Assembly (NCBI RefSeq): GCF_003918875.1
Contig: NW_025767707.1
Location: 62,001-126,000, forward strand
Reading direction: 5' to 3'
Source: Haliotis rubra
Taxonomy: Eukaryota
Length of the DNA stretch: 64,000 bases
Translations under genes and position numbers: made by a program
Shown: piece after piece, positions 1-12,678 of the stretch
Layout: each line of letters opens with the position of its first letter
Numbering within the stretch: position 1 is the first letter of the stretch
Notes under the pieces: generated by a model
Told to the model about the DNA's origin: nothing
The model's database searches: none
Seen by the model: only the letters and a program-made list of their open reading frames with translations

Positions 1-2334
1 CACCGTTTGGGGGCTACTGCTTTAAACGTGTACCTTTTTGGATTACTTCTGCCCCAGAGATTTTCCAAAGGAAAATGTCTGAACTCTTGGCAGGGCATGA
101 TGGGACTGAGGCTATAATGGACGATATTCTCATGTATGGGAAAGACAAACGAGAACATGATGAGAGACTGGATAAGGTGTTAAAAACTATGCATCTTGCT
201 GGCCTCAAGTTAAACAGAGAGAAATGTAGGTTCAACCAAATAGAGATCATATACTTTGGTCACAAGATCACTAAGGATGGGATATGCGCTGACCCCAGCA
301 AGATAGAAGCGATTAAGAAATTAGCACCACCAAAAAGATGTCGCAGAACTTCGTCGAATACTGGGTATGATCAACTATCTCGGAAAGTTCTTGCCAGACC
401 TGTCCTCTACTGCAAAGCCATTAACTGATCTTTTGAAAACTGACACAGTCTGGTTTTGGGGACCAGCCCAGGACTGTGCATTCTCCAAAGTCAAAGAACT
501 GGTTACGAGTTCAAGAGTACTTGCATTCTACGACCCTTCTCTCCCGATAGTCATCAGTGCTGACGCCAGTAGTTACGGGCTAGGAGGTGCCTTGTTTCAG
601 ATCAAGGACAATAAGATGCAACCTGTTGCATTCTGTTCTAGAACACTTTCAGCATCTGAAGCCAAATATGCACAGATAGAAAAAGAGTGCCTCGCAGGAG
701 TGTGGGCATGTGAAAAGTTCAGCAGGTATCCAGTGGGACTGGAATAAGTTGCAAACTGATCACAAACCGTTGGTCCCTCTGATCAATTCATACGACCTCA
801 ATCGTACACCCATAAGATGTCAGAGACTGCTACTCAGACTGAGGAGATTCAAAGCCATTGCAGAGTACATCCCCGGCAAGTCACTGATAGTACCGGATAC
901 TCTGTCCAGAAGTCCACTTCAAAGTGAAGTCAATGACATATGTCTTGAAGGAGAAGTGAACATGTTCATAGAGAGCATAGCTTTGGATATACCAATGTCT
1001 GATGCAAGGATGGATGAAGTGAAGTCAGCCACTATGGACGACAGTGAGCTACAGAAGGCAATACAGTTCACCCAGTCAGGTTGGCCTGATCATATCCGAA
1101 GTGTACCTACAGAGCTACATGCGTATCACGCAGTTCGTGGTGAATTGTCAGTGTTTGACAATCTATTGGTATTCAGGAACCGTATAGTGATTCCTCAACA
1201 GATGAGACTCGAAGTGGTTGATATTATTCACCAGGGTCATCAGGGTTTTACGAAATGCCATGAGAGAGCAGAAACATGCGTTTGGTGGCCAACGATATCA
1301 AGTGACATTCGCGAGAAAATCAACAAGTGTCAGTATTGCACTACCAACAAGCCATCACAGAGGAAGGAACCACTCATAACCACTAGTCTACCTGCCAGGC
1401 CCTGGCAGAGAGTTGCTGCAGACATTGCTTATGTGAAAGGTGAGAATTTTCTAATAGTCGTTGATTACTACTCTCACTTTATAGAGATTGCTCATCTTGC
1501 TGACATGACTTGCAAACAAGTGATTGCGAAACTAAAGGCCATGTTTGCCCGTTGGGGTATACCCGAACAGTTCTGTTCTGATAACGCCAGCCAATTCACT
1601 TCAGCAGATTTTAGGATGTTTGCCAGAGACTATAACTTCTCACTATCAACCAGTAGTCCACAGTTTCCACAAGCGAATGGACAAGCAGAAAGTGCAGTGA
1701 AGATTGCCAAAAGAATCCTATAACAGGATGACGTCTACATGTCATTGCTAGCGTACAGATCAACGCCAGTTAGAGCCACTGGTGTATCACCGGCAGAGCT
1801 GATCATGGGACGACGCATTAGGACGAACATTCCTACGCTGCCAACAACAACGCCAACAAACCTGTCTCCTTAGTGGCCAGACTTTGAAAAGGTGAGAGAG
1901 AGAGAGATGACAGTGCGAAGAAGTCCTACGAGAAGTTCAACAATGAGAGACACTCCGTGAGACGTCTTTCACCACTAACCCCAGGAACTCAAGTCAGAGT
2001 GAAGCTAGACTCTGAGAAGCGCTGGGACACACCAGCCATCGTCACCAATGCAGCTGACGCTCCGTGCAGTTACAACGTTGCCACTTCCCAGGGGACGTTC
2101 AGACGAAACCGACGACATCTCTTAGTAGATCATTCTGGGAAAGACTCTCAGAATACCTGGTGCCGAGACAGCACAAATGACATTTCTAGCAGTGGAAAGA
2201 CGACATCTCCACCACAAGTGACTGACATTCCTACTACAACCAATATGGCACCAGAGACTGACATTCCCCTGCAAACCACTACTACCTCTGGTCGTGTCGT
2301 GAAATCACCACAAAGATATGGTGACTGGGTTTGA
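1..2334 (+). pseudogene. Gypsy/Ty3 LTR-retrotransposon pol (RT-RNaseH-integrase), disrupted and 5'-truncated by the window edge
   Basis: Consecutive ORFs carry RT motifs (RVPFGITSAPEIFQ, IMDDILMYG), RNase H ([19 protein letters not shown]), integrase HHCC (HQGHQG...CQYC) and the DDE core (VVDYYS, SDNASQF, NGQAESAVK). Frameshifts lie near 335 and 745, with a stop at 1723. Confidence 0.95.
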
Positions 2335-2615
2335 ATGACATTTAAAGTGTTGTTTGAACAAGGAATTGTTAATTTTTATCAAGTTGCATTAATTTTCTAG
2401 CTTCAGCAGTTCAAGTGTGTTAAAGTCTGATAAGGTAAATCAGCAGTAAGAAGGTGTAAAACCTTTCAGTATTATTAGTTCAGTTAGGCAAAGATTTCTC
2501 GTTGAAGTGTTGTTTAAATGCACAATTTATTGATACATTTCCATTCATACAACATCAGGTATATCCGGTTGTACATCCAGGCAATAGTACAATTGCTTAT
2601 CTCAAAGAGGGGAGG

Positions 2616-2809
2616 TGTCATAATAAAACTTAAATAATAAGCCACTCCCTAATCTCGTGTAATATCGCATACAATGAAGGCTCCCTGAGCACATGTGTTT
2701 GACGCCCGCCATGTTATGAGTCGCCAGATTGTCCTGGTCAGTGTGTACCTGCCCCAAGGGAACTATGACGAATAAACCGAATGAATTGGAAGCCTCTCAT
2801 GTTATCACA
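2616..2809 (+). mobile_element. 3' LTR (~194 bp) of the Gypsy element, preceded by a polypurine tract
   Basis: PPT AAAGAGGGGAGG at 2604-2615 is followed directly by TGTCATAA...TTATCACA (imperfect terminal inverted repeat, TG...CA). AATAAA is at 2771. Confidence 0.8.
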
Positions 2810-5116
2810 GTATATGTATGATGATTTTAATGGTTATAAAATGATAAAATGACATAGATGAACTGGTATAATTGGATAAATACCGCCATATAGCTGGAAT
2901 ATTGCTGAGTGCGGCGTAATACTAAACTCACTCACTCAGATATATTGAGCTGAGATCACATATAAACTAGTAATATATACTGCAAAAGTAGATACGTAAA
3001 CTTATAATACATGGGAATAATAAACGTAGATCTCGGTGTAGAACTGAATAGAACGAACATGATATAAGCATGCCTAATACACTTGCATGTTTTGATCTTA
3101 ATACGAAAATTAATTACATGATGAAGTTTTACTTCCAGCAGAAATATTTTCGTATATAGCCTACTCCTGACAGGGTTTTGAAAAATCACCTATTTGCCAC
3201 TAACACAAGTTATCATGAGTAGGACTCATGAAGCTCGATAAGGACGTTTAAAGTAACGTGAATATGTTTTCAGAGTTATTCACGGTTAATTATCTCTAGG
3301 CCTACATGTGATGCTTGACACTGAGGAGGAGCAATTAGTGCCCATAATGCGATGAAAAGACCCTTAAGCCCATACAAGACCACTGTTGTCACTTTGGGTA
3401 CTCACATTCAATCTGCTCATTTCCACCTTTCACGGTCCCCCTTGATGTCGGCAATGTAAACAAATAAAAAAATGGCGACCGGATAACGTCCACCGAGACT
3501 ACCTAAATCATTATAAAAACACACAGCTGACATTTTATGTGTATAGTGTATGTTTATTTTGTTGTATAACGCGGAAAGACATGGTCAAACTGTAATGTTA
3601 GATTAAGATTAAAAAACAACAACAAAGTGTTTTTCTCGTGAGTCTTTGCGAGACGCCATTTTCAAAGCACTGGAAGAGAGAATTCGCCACCTGGAAAAGA
3701 AAGATGGAAATGGCGGCAAAAACTCGCAGTACCACGACCCTGTCAGGTAAGACCAATTTATTTTGTTGTCAAATAACGTTTAATGAATTATTTTAATGAA
3801 TTATTTACGTAATGTACAGAAATCCGGATTGGTAAACAAGCTAATCTATCGAATTACAGTCACTGGCCATAGGCATTCGTCACTATGCATTATTTCTATA
3901 GGTTTACATGTTAATTTGGTGCAGCTAGAAAAATGTCTTGAATTTATTTAATATCCGTTTGATATTGTTCATATTTTGCACATGGGTCATGAATCATCTC
4001 AGCTACAAAGACATAATTACCGTTTTATTTTCAATTCAGTATTTCAAGAATGACCACACTTTGATTGATGCATGTCATGGTTATGGCAATTTTTAACATG
4101 GCGGTCTATGGGGAAAGAATACGCAGTGTTGTATATATGTTGCTCATGTAACTACAATGCGGAAAATACTTGAAGGAAATTATGTATCAGTGACCAAGAT
4201 GATTTCCTAACAACCTGCAAAATTTGAAAAACAAATATGGAAAACTGAATTATTGAAAATTACACAGCTACACTAAAACAGCCTGCAAGTCTATGAGAAT
4301 TTTGCCAACTGACGTATACTTAAGTCCCATGACTGTATAAACAGTTTTGCCCGAACTATTTTCAAAGGTTGGTGAAGTAAAATAAGTCTATCGAAAAATA
4401 TACTACAATTTTGAAAAATATAGCAAACAGATTAAATATTAATGGATTTGTTTTATTCATTTAGGCTGTTGTGAGGAAACATGTGTCACGACTACTCCTG
4501 GAGGAAAAGATCACCCTCGCATACTGAAGGTATGTGTTTATGGTACTACGAAACATAGACATAATTTCACTTTGAATATTTTATTATTATGCTTCCCTAG
4601 ATACATTTTCACAAAATGAACCAAACTAAGGTTACAGTTGCCAATGGATTTGAATAACCGGTAACTTAATCATGATTTCAAATTGGGCCAAATAAAGCTT
4701 AACTTCACACCTGTGTGAAATTACAATCAAACTGACCCCTTGATTTTACAATCCCGTAATTACTCCAAGGTTATGTCACATGAGATAACTAAACTCCATT
4801 CATCAGGATGTTTATGTCAGGCCCTTCACTTACTGATTGCATAACCTGAAGTGATAAATCTGTACGTAGTTTGCTTGTTGGTATAAATGTCGCTGCAATT
4901 GCAATTGTTTGAGGGTTTTTTAAAACTCGAATGAATGAATGGGGAAATGCAAAGAAAAGTAACGTGTTATTGTTTATTTTTTTCAGCAAAGCTGATGATG
5001 AGTCTGGAGAATAATGAATGACCAAGGATGGTCAGCAGGAACATGTGAAGGTAATTTTGACCTATCTGTAGTGACTTTCATTATAAAATAGTAAATAATT
5101 TCCAATTAATAGTGTA

Positions 5117-5265
5117 GAGACAAGGTTTATGGATGTCAACTCCTTTATTATGTGAAAACATGTTTCAGAGTGAATGTTTACCCCTTCTTCAGTTGTAAGC
5201 ATTCACTCCGTAACGTGTTATTTCATATAATAAAGACGTAGACATCCGTAAACATTCATGTCTTG
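5117..5265. repeat. Inverted pair of Penelope-like terminal fragments with a degenerate hammerhead core
   Basis: The arms TTTATGGATGTCAACTCCTTTATT and AATAAAGACGTAGACATCCGTAAA are inverted copies. The minus strand reads CTGAAGA-stem-GAAAC. Confidence 0.6.
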
Positions 5266-6309
5266 TATTATTCACGTCTATATACACCCCAAAGACTTAA
5301 TGGTTCAAACATACAGTCTCTACTGGGTGAATATACTTGTGCCTTCAACAATACAACTGACTGACTGAGTTTGGTTTTACGCCGCTTTTAGCAATATTCC
5401 AGCAACATCACGGCGGGGGACACCATAAATTGGCTCAACAATACGAATTGTAAGAGTTTGAACATAGCAATTTGATGAAAATCTATCACTAGTACCATTA
5501 TTACCATATAGAAAATGCAATAAATTTTCAGATATATATATAACGTATTACTACCTCTGGTCTGGGAAGCATGTAACTCCAGAGCAAATTTTGTATAGAT
5601 TGTGTATCCTCTTTAGAAAATAAGATATTTCATTCGGTCAATGAAGTGTGATGACTTGCATAATTTGAGTTTTGAGAAAACCAGTGCAAAGTGTGATTGT
5701 TCAATTTAGTTCTCTTTTATTCAAACTTCCTTTTGGATTACTCATTTTAAATCATCCATTGATGTTTGTGTAATTTATCAAAATAACCTAGTAATTCGTT
5801 ATTACCTGCCATTTTCAGAAACTTGCGCAATGCCTCAACAGACTTGCATCTATCGATTGGCCAACACTCACCATAGACATGACATCACCTGTCGTGAGTG
5901 ACGAAGATGATGTCAATTAGTTGCATTCCGTCCCCTTTGTCTGGGAGTCCAGCAAGCTTAGGGCATACACGACGACACTGGATTTGGAAAGAATCTACAC
6001 CTCCACTTCTCTCGTCAAGGCCAACACGAGGACGAGGCATCCAACCTAAGTAACAGGGATCTCCGCACAGGGATGCCCCTAAGTGGGCTAACTGACCAAC
6101 TCTTGCAATTTAATTGAATTTATTTTAAATTTCATAATGTAATTTTTATTTTATTTTATTTTTGTATTGCAAGCTGTATGTTGTGTTATTGTATGATGTA
6201 TATCATTTTTAAGTAAACGTCATGATAATAATAATTGCTTATATTGTTTTTAAGAAGAGTTTATGATATGAATAAAGAAGAATGTTTAAATTTGGCTCTT
6301 TGAAACGCA

Positions 6310-6615
6310 CATGAAAACCTGTGAACCTGAAACTGAAACCGGTAACTGAAACTATGCGGAAACTATGTCGGATTGTTGGTAACTGAGACTCTGCGGAAAC
6401 CTGTTGGAGTCTATATAACTGAAACCTTGCGGAAACCTGATGGATTCAAAGTTAACTGAAACTCAACGGAAACTTGTTGGAGTGTGGGTAACGGAAATCT
6501 TGCGGAAACCTGCTGGAGTGTGGGTAACGGAAACCTTGCGGAAAGCCTTAGAAATTGGGTAATTGTACGTTTCCGTTATTGCGGAAACTCAGTGTAACAG
6601 AACGGAAACTCACCG
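6310..6615. repeat. Degenerate ~39-bp tandem array of GGAAAC motifs, probably the subterminal repeats of a DNA-transposon end
   Basis: Repeats of (ACTGAAAC/CGGAAAC)...GCGGAAACCTG end exactly where homology to intron 4 of the paralogues resumes (GCTCAGTGACCTA at ~6616). Confidence 0.55.
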
Positions 6616-7011
6616 GCTCAGTGACCTATATATCCAGTGAATAATTCACGTACCAGTGTCTAAACCTACGCAGGCGACGTACGTATATTTGTGCATTTGA
6701 TTTGTAACCATTGCATGATAATTTCATTAAAAGCGTTGTAAATATTCATTTCATTTACCCTGACAGATATGCAAGTCAGTTGCATGATTTAAGAATATAA
6801 AAACGTCTAATCATTAACAGTTCAGTTATTGAAAATCTAAAATGTTTACAATATTTCATATACTTAAAAAGGCAGTTGGGTAGACTGGTAGTTAAAACGT
6901 TGGCTCGAGGCCAGGTTTCGATTCTCCACATGGTAAGCCCATATTGTGTCCCCTTCCGTGATGTTACACTCACTCACTCACTCAGCTATCGCACACCATA
7001 TTCTGTTACAG

Positions 7012-9222
7012 GTTAACGCCTATTGGCGTACTGTCCCTAATCGCTGGAAAGATCTTGAGTGTGTCTGATCTCGCTGGGATGGTTCATCACATAGGGATGT
7101 TCTTAGCCACATGCATCGCCGGTCTTTTTGTGCAAACTGTTGTAGTAATACCACTGATATACCTCATTCTGACACGGAAGAACCCTTTTAAGGTGACGTT
7201 GGGAGTAGTGCAGGCTCTTCTGACAGCTCTGGGCACCAATTCAAGGTTTGCAATCAATTATTGAATATAGCGATACGTAACGGAGTTCTATGAATAGATG
7301 AATATACAATGTATTGTGTTTACGGTCCGGTGATCAAAGTATTGTAAATATTTAAAGGCACAATTTCACACATTTTCGACAATATTTTGGCCTATAATAA
7401 ATGTATTGGGGGCATATGTACTCACTTTAGCTTCCTATTGATGCAATAAAAGACTTATTATCCCATACAACTTGGTTGAAATCGATAATTGAAACTTCGA
7501 GGCAAAGAACTTAAAACAGAGAACACTTGCCATTATAAGTTGTTCACTGGTTTCGACGGGGACATGGGCTGATGCACCTTCGATATTTGTTTATGAACAT
7601 AAAGAAACATCGAGGGTACATCAACCCATGGGCCCCGAGGGACCAGTGAACAACGTATTCATCTTCAAAGAGTTTGCAGGGAATGGTAGTGAAGGATCCT
7701 GTTTATATTTGTCAGTGCTGCAACACTTCCGGTTACCATCGACTGCTGTGAGAAGAATCTTAAGATAGACAGAACTATCAGCCGGTTTGTGCTACCTATC
7801 GGTGCTACTGTTAACATGGATGGAGCTGCCATCGTCCAAGTCGTCACTCCAGTTTATATAGCACAGATGAGTGGAGTGCACCTGTCTGTACTTGACGTCT
7901 TGGCTCTTGGGTAAATGCGTTTTTACATACAAATCGTTAGTCTGTTGTTTAACGCCACATTCAACAATATCCCAGCTATATGGCAATAGTCTGTAAATAT
8001 TCGGATCTAGAGCAGACGACCCAGTGATCAACATCACAATCATCGATCTACGCAATTGGGATACAATGACATTTGTCAACCAAGTCAGCAAGCCTAACCA
8101 CCCCATTTACGAGAGCGATTTGGGGAGGGACAGAGATAGTGACGTCACTTTCCAAACGTAGAAATGGAAGCAAATGGGTACTGGTCAATTTTATAATCAA
8201 CGATGACCGTACAACAACAGACCCAATCAGAAGTTGAATGCAGAAGCTGGAAGAAGGATAGATAAAATGGGAAACTTCGCTATCTATAGTAGCCCAAAGT
8301 AAGATCTTGCCCATTGGTTAAAGATCACCAGTGATCATGCAACACATAACAGAATTAAAATCAGATGCGAAATGCAAATTGCTGAGAAAACTATTTATGA
8401 TATCATTTCAGCGTGGCTGCCACCCTCACCAGCATTGGGACCGCTGGTATACCTAATGCTGCTATAGTAACCATCATGGTTTTTCTAGCCAATATGGGAC
8501 TGCCAACGAACGAAATCTCCATCATTTTTGCCATGGATTGGTTTCTGTGAGTATTTGCAGCTTAAAATGACACACCCATAGTCATACTGTTTGATGTTGA
8601 TTGTTTTATGTCTTCAATGTCTATTGAATACATGCCAAATATTTCTATCATACATTTATACAGTATTCGATGATTATGTTTGAAATGCTTCTCAAGATGA
8701 CTGCACATGCTTTCATTCAATATAATCTACGAACGTCGATACCTTGTGCATTCCTGTATGTGTCCAGACGTTTATTTTGTATTGGATTCCAGACTCATTC
8801 TTGTTGTAAAAATCGAACATAGATGAAATCTGACAGGTGCTATTTGTGTAATTCAAACCTTGAGTACGTTAAGCTACAAGACAATAGGTTACAATTTGTT
8901 TATGACAAACACTGTCAACTAAACACCACCTGTAAACACAAAATAGTCTGAAATATCGTATCCTTTTTTACCTGCATAATTCACTCCATAAACAAATAGC
9001 CTGTTTGTGGCCTAACGTGTTTCATTCTTGTGGACGGTGACATTTTCCATATTCTGGTGTTTCAGCGGGCGAATGAGGACTATCACTAATGTGAATGGAG
9101 ACTGTATGGGCGCCGCTATTCTCCAGCACTTCTTCCACCAGGATGGCAGCAATGGTTCGGGATATGATAATAACCCACTACCACAGGACGAGATAGAGAT
9201 GGAGGAAGCTCTGTCACTTTAA
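7012..9222 (+). CDS. SLC1A-family (EAAT/ASCT-like) transporter copy A, last four coding exons: 7012-7245, 7716-7910, 8412-8546, 9066-9222
   Basis: GT-AG exons encode [24 protein letters not shown] (HP1), [10 protein letters not shown] (TM7), SIGTAGIP (HP2) and [16 protein letters not shown] (TM8). The three internal exon sizes 234/195/135 equal those of copy C. The upstream exons lie outside the window. Confidence 0.93.
7539..7655. mobile_element. Short palindromic MITE-like hairpin
   Basis: GTTGTTCACTGGT...ACCAGTGAACAAC forms a near-perfect ~55-bp fold-back. It is absent from the matching intron of copy C. Confidence 0.65.
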
Positions 9223-9330
9223 TTGAACGTGGAAAGTTGTAAACAGTTGTATTATCCTCAGAAAGACGTTTCACCACATGACGATATGCCGTCGAAGAAC
9301 AATAAACGTTAATCTCCAGTTCAGTTGTCA

Positions 9331-9460
9331 TGGGGACGGTGGGGTAGTCTGGTGGTTAAAGCGTTTGCTCGTCACGCCTTGGATCCGGGTCGTTATGTTG
9401 CTGGAATATTGCTAAAAGCTGCGTAATCCTAAACTCACTCTCACACTTACTCACTCACGC
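9331..9460 (+). mobile_element. SINE family A (tRNA-Asp-like head, (CACT)n tail); other copies at ~6870-6985, 26600-26730, 27411-27580, 44242-44370, 44797-44910, 50153-50252, 52022-52180
   Basis: Copies share an A-box-like GTAGCCTGGTGG, then CGTCACGCCGGAGACCCGGGTTCGATTCCCC (B box, tRNA-Asp-like), and a 3' end GGAATATTGCTAAAAGCGGCGTAAAACTAAACTCACTCAC. Confidence 0.8.
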
Positions 9461-9789
9461 TTGTTCCCCGGCGTGATAACACTGACCATCAGTGATTCAC
9501 ATATTGTGTGAAAAATAGTGTTTTAATACATCTATATGGCCAATAAAAGAAATTAATTGACATACATTGAATTGTTTCGCCTTGTATTTCTCTTAGTGTT
9601 TCATATATATGCCAAACTGGCGTTAAACGTTTGAAACTATAGTTTGAAATAAGGTGTCAAAATCACTCCAAGTTGTGCGCATATGGAAATATCAACAGTT
9701 TGGCTCTGTGTTGTTGTACCGTTACACCTTACCTGCCATTATATACCCGTGAACATCCGGATTAGAATTGGTCTTGAATGAGCCTGGTA

Positions 9790-9925
9790 ATACTTCCGCT
9801 GAATGTTGCAAGCATGGTCACGGGGACAGCGGACGTTATTCTCTGGTTTGTTTAAGAACGATATTGTATACCACAGTAGTCAACGACTCACAGTCCCTGA
9901 GCTGTATTATTTTCCCTTCTTCCTA
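9790..9925 (+). pseudogene. Orphan fragment of SLC1A coding exon 1 (3' end) plus the start of intron 1
   Basis: CTTCCGCTGAATGTTGCAAGCATGGTCACG (LPLNVASMVT) and the following intron sequence match 13535-13690 and 33937-34090. The donor GT has become GG. Confidence 0.8.
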
Positions 9926-10157
9926 CAGACCCGTGAAGATCCGAGTTAGAATTGATCTTCAGTAACCCATGCTTGTCGTAAGAGGCGGCTTACGGGACCG
10001 GGTGGTCAGGCTCGCTGACTTGTTTGTCATTGTATCCCAATTGCGTAGATCGATGCTCATGCTTTTGATCACTGGATTGTCTGGTCCAGACTCGATTATG
10101 TACACACTGCCGCTGGTACATTGCTGAGTTCGGCGTTAAACAACAAACAAACAAACC
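9926..10157 (+). mobile_element. SINE-like family B (~230 bp, (CAAA)n tail); other copies at ~7938-8105(-), 13689-13880, 25720-25960, 28145-28370, 34091-34300, 43348-43590, 45330-45520(-), 45900-46126(-), 51064-51270, 58943-59152
   Basis: A recurrent sequence GACCCGTGAAGATCCGGGTTAGAATTGATCTTCAG...GACTCGATTATTTACAGACCGCCGCCATATAGCTGGAATATTGCTGAGTGCGGCGTTAAACAACAAAC occurs in both orientations. Confidence 0.85.
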
Positions 10158-10774
10158 TGCCATTATAATTCGTACTCTCTTCATTTCAAAACGTCCCCGA
10201 ACAAGGCATGCGTGTAAATAGTATCAAATGATGTGGAATACTTGAAAACGTCCGCATTTACATCAACAAGAAGTTAACACTGTTCGTAACTTCATGAAAT
10301 GGGCTGTGTGTGTGGCTTTTTGAGTTAATCCGAACTTATATTGAATCTTATAGGCTTAGCTGTGAGCATATGTATTAATGCTGTACGGCTCTCAGGATTT
10401 AACCACATTTGCATTCTCGACACGTCTCCTTATTCCTATGTGACACCATCATGCAAATTTATGCTGTCTGGGTTTAATCACTGTTCCATGTTGGGCACAT
10501 CCTCTGTTGGTAGTTATTGTAATCAGTCGATGCTGAGTTAACCAAAAGGTAAGGACATCATTAATTTTTAAAACTAAACATTTATTTTTGAATCGTGTAT
10601 ATTGTTTGAAGCATTTTTCAGTTGGAACGACAAATGCTCCCGTTCAAAATGGCCTGTTTTTTATGGTTTCCAGAGCTGAATACCATTCAGAAGATCGTTT
10701 GATGGAACTATAGTTTTATTGTTGGAGAGACACGCTGAAGTCCACATACATACAAACAGAGGTTTAACGGGATA

Positions 10775-10930
10775 CATAGAGAATATAAAACGATGTTCCG
10801 TGTAATACCATATTTATGAAACGAGTGAATGGTTAGGTCTCTAACGAGCAAAAGCGAGTTAGATACCAATACCATTCACGAGTTTCATAAATATGGTGTT
10901 ACACAGGGCATCATTTAGTATTTTATATAT
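10775..10930. mobile_element. Palindromic MITE-like hairpin; related copies at 28968-29075 (truncated) and 29805-29960
   Basis: GTGTAATACCATATTTATGAAACGAGTGAATGGT...ACCATTCACGAGTTTCATAAATATGGTGTTACAC folds back around a GAGCAAAAGCGAG loop. Confidence 0.7.
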
Positions 10931-11499
10931 TACTCACCCAACACTACCAAAATTAGATCTCAGAATTCAACTTACAGAATGAGTGCATTACGCCATCATT
11001 ACAGTGGTCAGATGTCTGAATGCCTTCATTTATGATTATCAACATTAATTTAGTCTATTTAATTTGATTTTTTTAAATAAACAAGGGTGTGTGAAAAAGG
11101 GATCTATGACTTCACCCAACTTATGTTTATTTACATATAAAGGCTATTACACGTGACAGAGCAAAGAACAGTTGAAGCTTCTTTCCTAAGAATTCAACGA
11201 GCGCTGCTGGGTCGCGACTTTGGTCAGTAGGCAATGGTTTTACAACAACCAGGTACATGCTACTGTTTCTGTGTTGCTGGAAACCTCAACGAACGCAGTT
11301 AACAATCGCAGTTGCCCTAAAGTTTTGACAAGGCAATTTGTTTGGCAATTTTTATAAATTATTGTGCAATGCTAGATTATGTATGTAAAAGTTTTGACAG
11401 CTTTCAGTTACAAATGAAAGTAATTCAAGTAGTGTATTTGAAACAAAAGTTTTGTATAAGAAAAGCAAGATATATGGATGTCAACGTCTTTATTCTGAA

Positions 11500-11546
11500 T
11501 AACACGACGTTTCGGAGTGTATGCTTGCTCCTTCATCAGGTGAATG
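11500..11546 (-). ncRNA. Penelope-type minimal hammerhead ribozyme motif
   Basis: The minus strand reads CAC-CTGATGA-A-GGAG(caagcataca)CTCC-GAA-ACGT-C-GTG. This gives an intact core, stem II, a palindromic ACGT stem III and a 3-bp stem I, followed by AATAAA. Confidence 0.7.
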
Positions 11547-12556
11547 GTAGGGAGTATCAGGATATATATATACATACATGAGGCACTACAAAGAAATCAT
11601 GTTTAATAATGTAGAGGAATGAATATGTAATACAAACACTAGGCCAGTGATACGCTAAAACAACATGATAATTGATGGGGTATGGTTCACTGGCTTTTTC
11701 GTGTTTCACATTTTAGCTGAAAATACAAATTTGATATACATGTATATGTCAACGGGAACAGGCTCATGCCTGTCTGAACACATTACTTAATTTTCATCAT
11801 TATCATGGGAAGTTGTAAATTTCACCTGTAACAAACACGCACAGCTGTTGTATATAGCATAACAACTGCAATATTGTGATCACGTTTCATACCTTTGCAT
11901 CACATGGTCACGTGTTCATCCGCTGTATATGTGGCTATCTGTCACGCTGTATATTTCTGTTATATTCTGAACATGTGTATATATCAGTTATATCCCAATA
12001 TCAGTATTGTATCAGTTAAATATAACCAGATATGACTTGTCGATTTCCGACACCAGCAGCATGAAGCTAGTCATTCCGTGTTTGACAGTTTTATGTGGAC
12101 CCCTATTATCGTACGAATTATACTATTCACTGTCATGAAATGTTTATTATGCCAGAGAATAAAGTATTGTGCAAAGAACATCCACATTTGTTGATAATGA
12201 AACTTGGTAGGACGAGGATAACCAGTGCCAGTGACTGGTCTTCTTGTTATTATGCGCAGTAACCTCAGCAAGGACCGGTTTTGCGATCGGAATCAGCAGG
12301 GACTGGCTTCCTTGTTGATACGAACAGGAAGCTAGCTCACCATGAATGGTTACAGAGGAAATGGGAATGAATGTCATAAAAGGACATTCACCTTATTTCG
12401 TGATGGTAAACTACGGCGTCTTATTCAATATGAATGACACACGATGTCATATAGATATATATAATTATTCCAACAATCTGAACATAATGTTTCGACACTA
12501 TACATAGATCAATAAAATATCGAAACACTTTTATAGTTGAAAATAGTAAAAAAAAA

Positions 12557-12678
12557 TGACTGGGGTGAAACAACTTCTAAATGGGGTGAAACTGTATGGG
12601 GTTAAACAACCCGGGTGAAATGACTTGGGGTGAAACTGTGCTGGGGTGAACGTGTTTGGGGTGAAATGACCCGTTAAC
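12557..12678. repeat. ~19-20-bp GGGGTGAAA tandem array, probably a DNA-transposon terminus
   Basis: There are six GGGTGAAA-type motifs in tandem, and they are absent from the paralogous upstream region of copy C. Confidence 0.5.
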
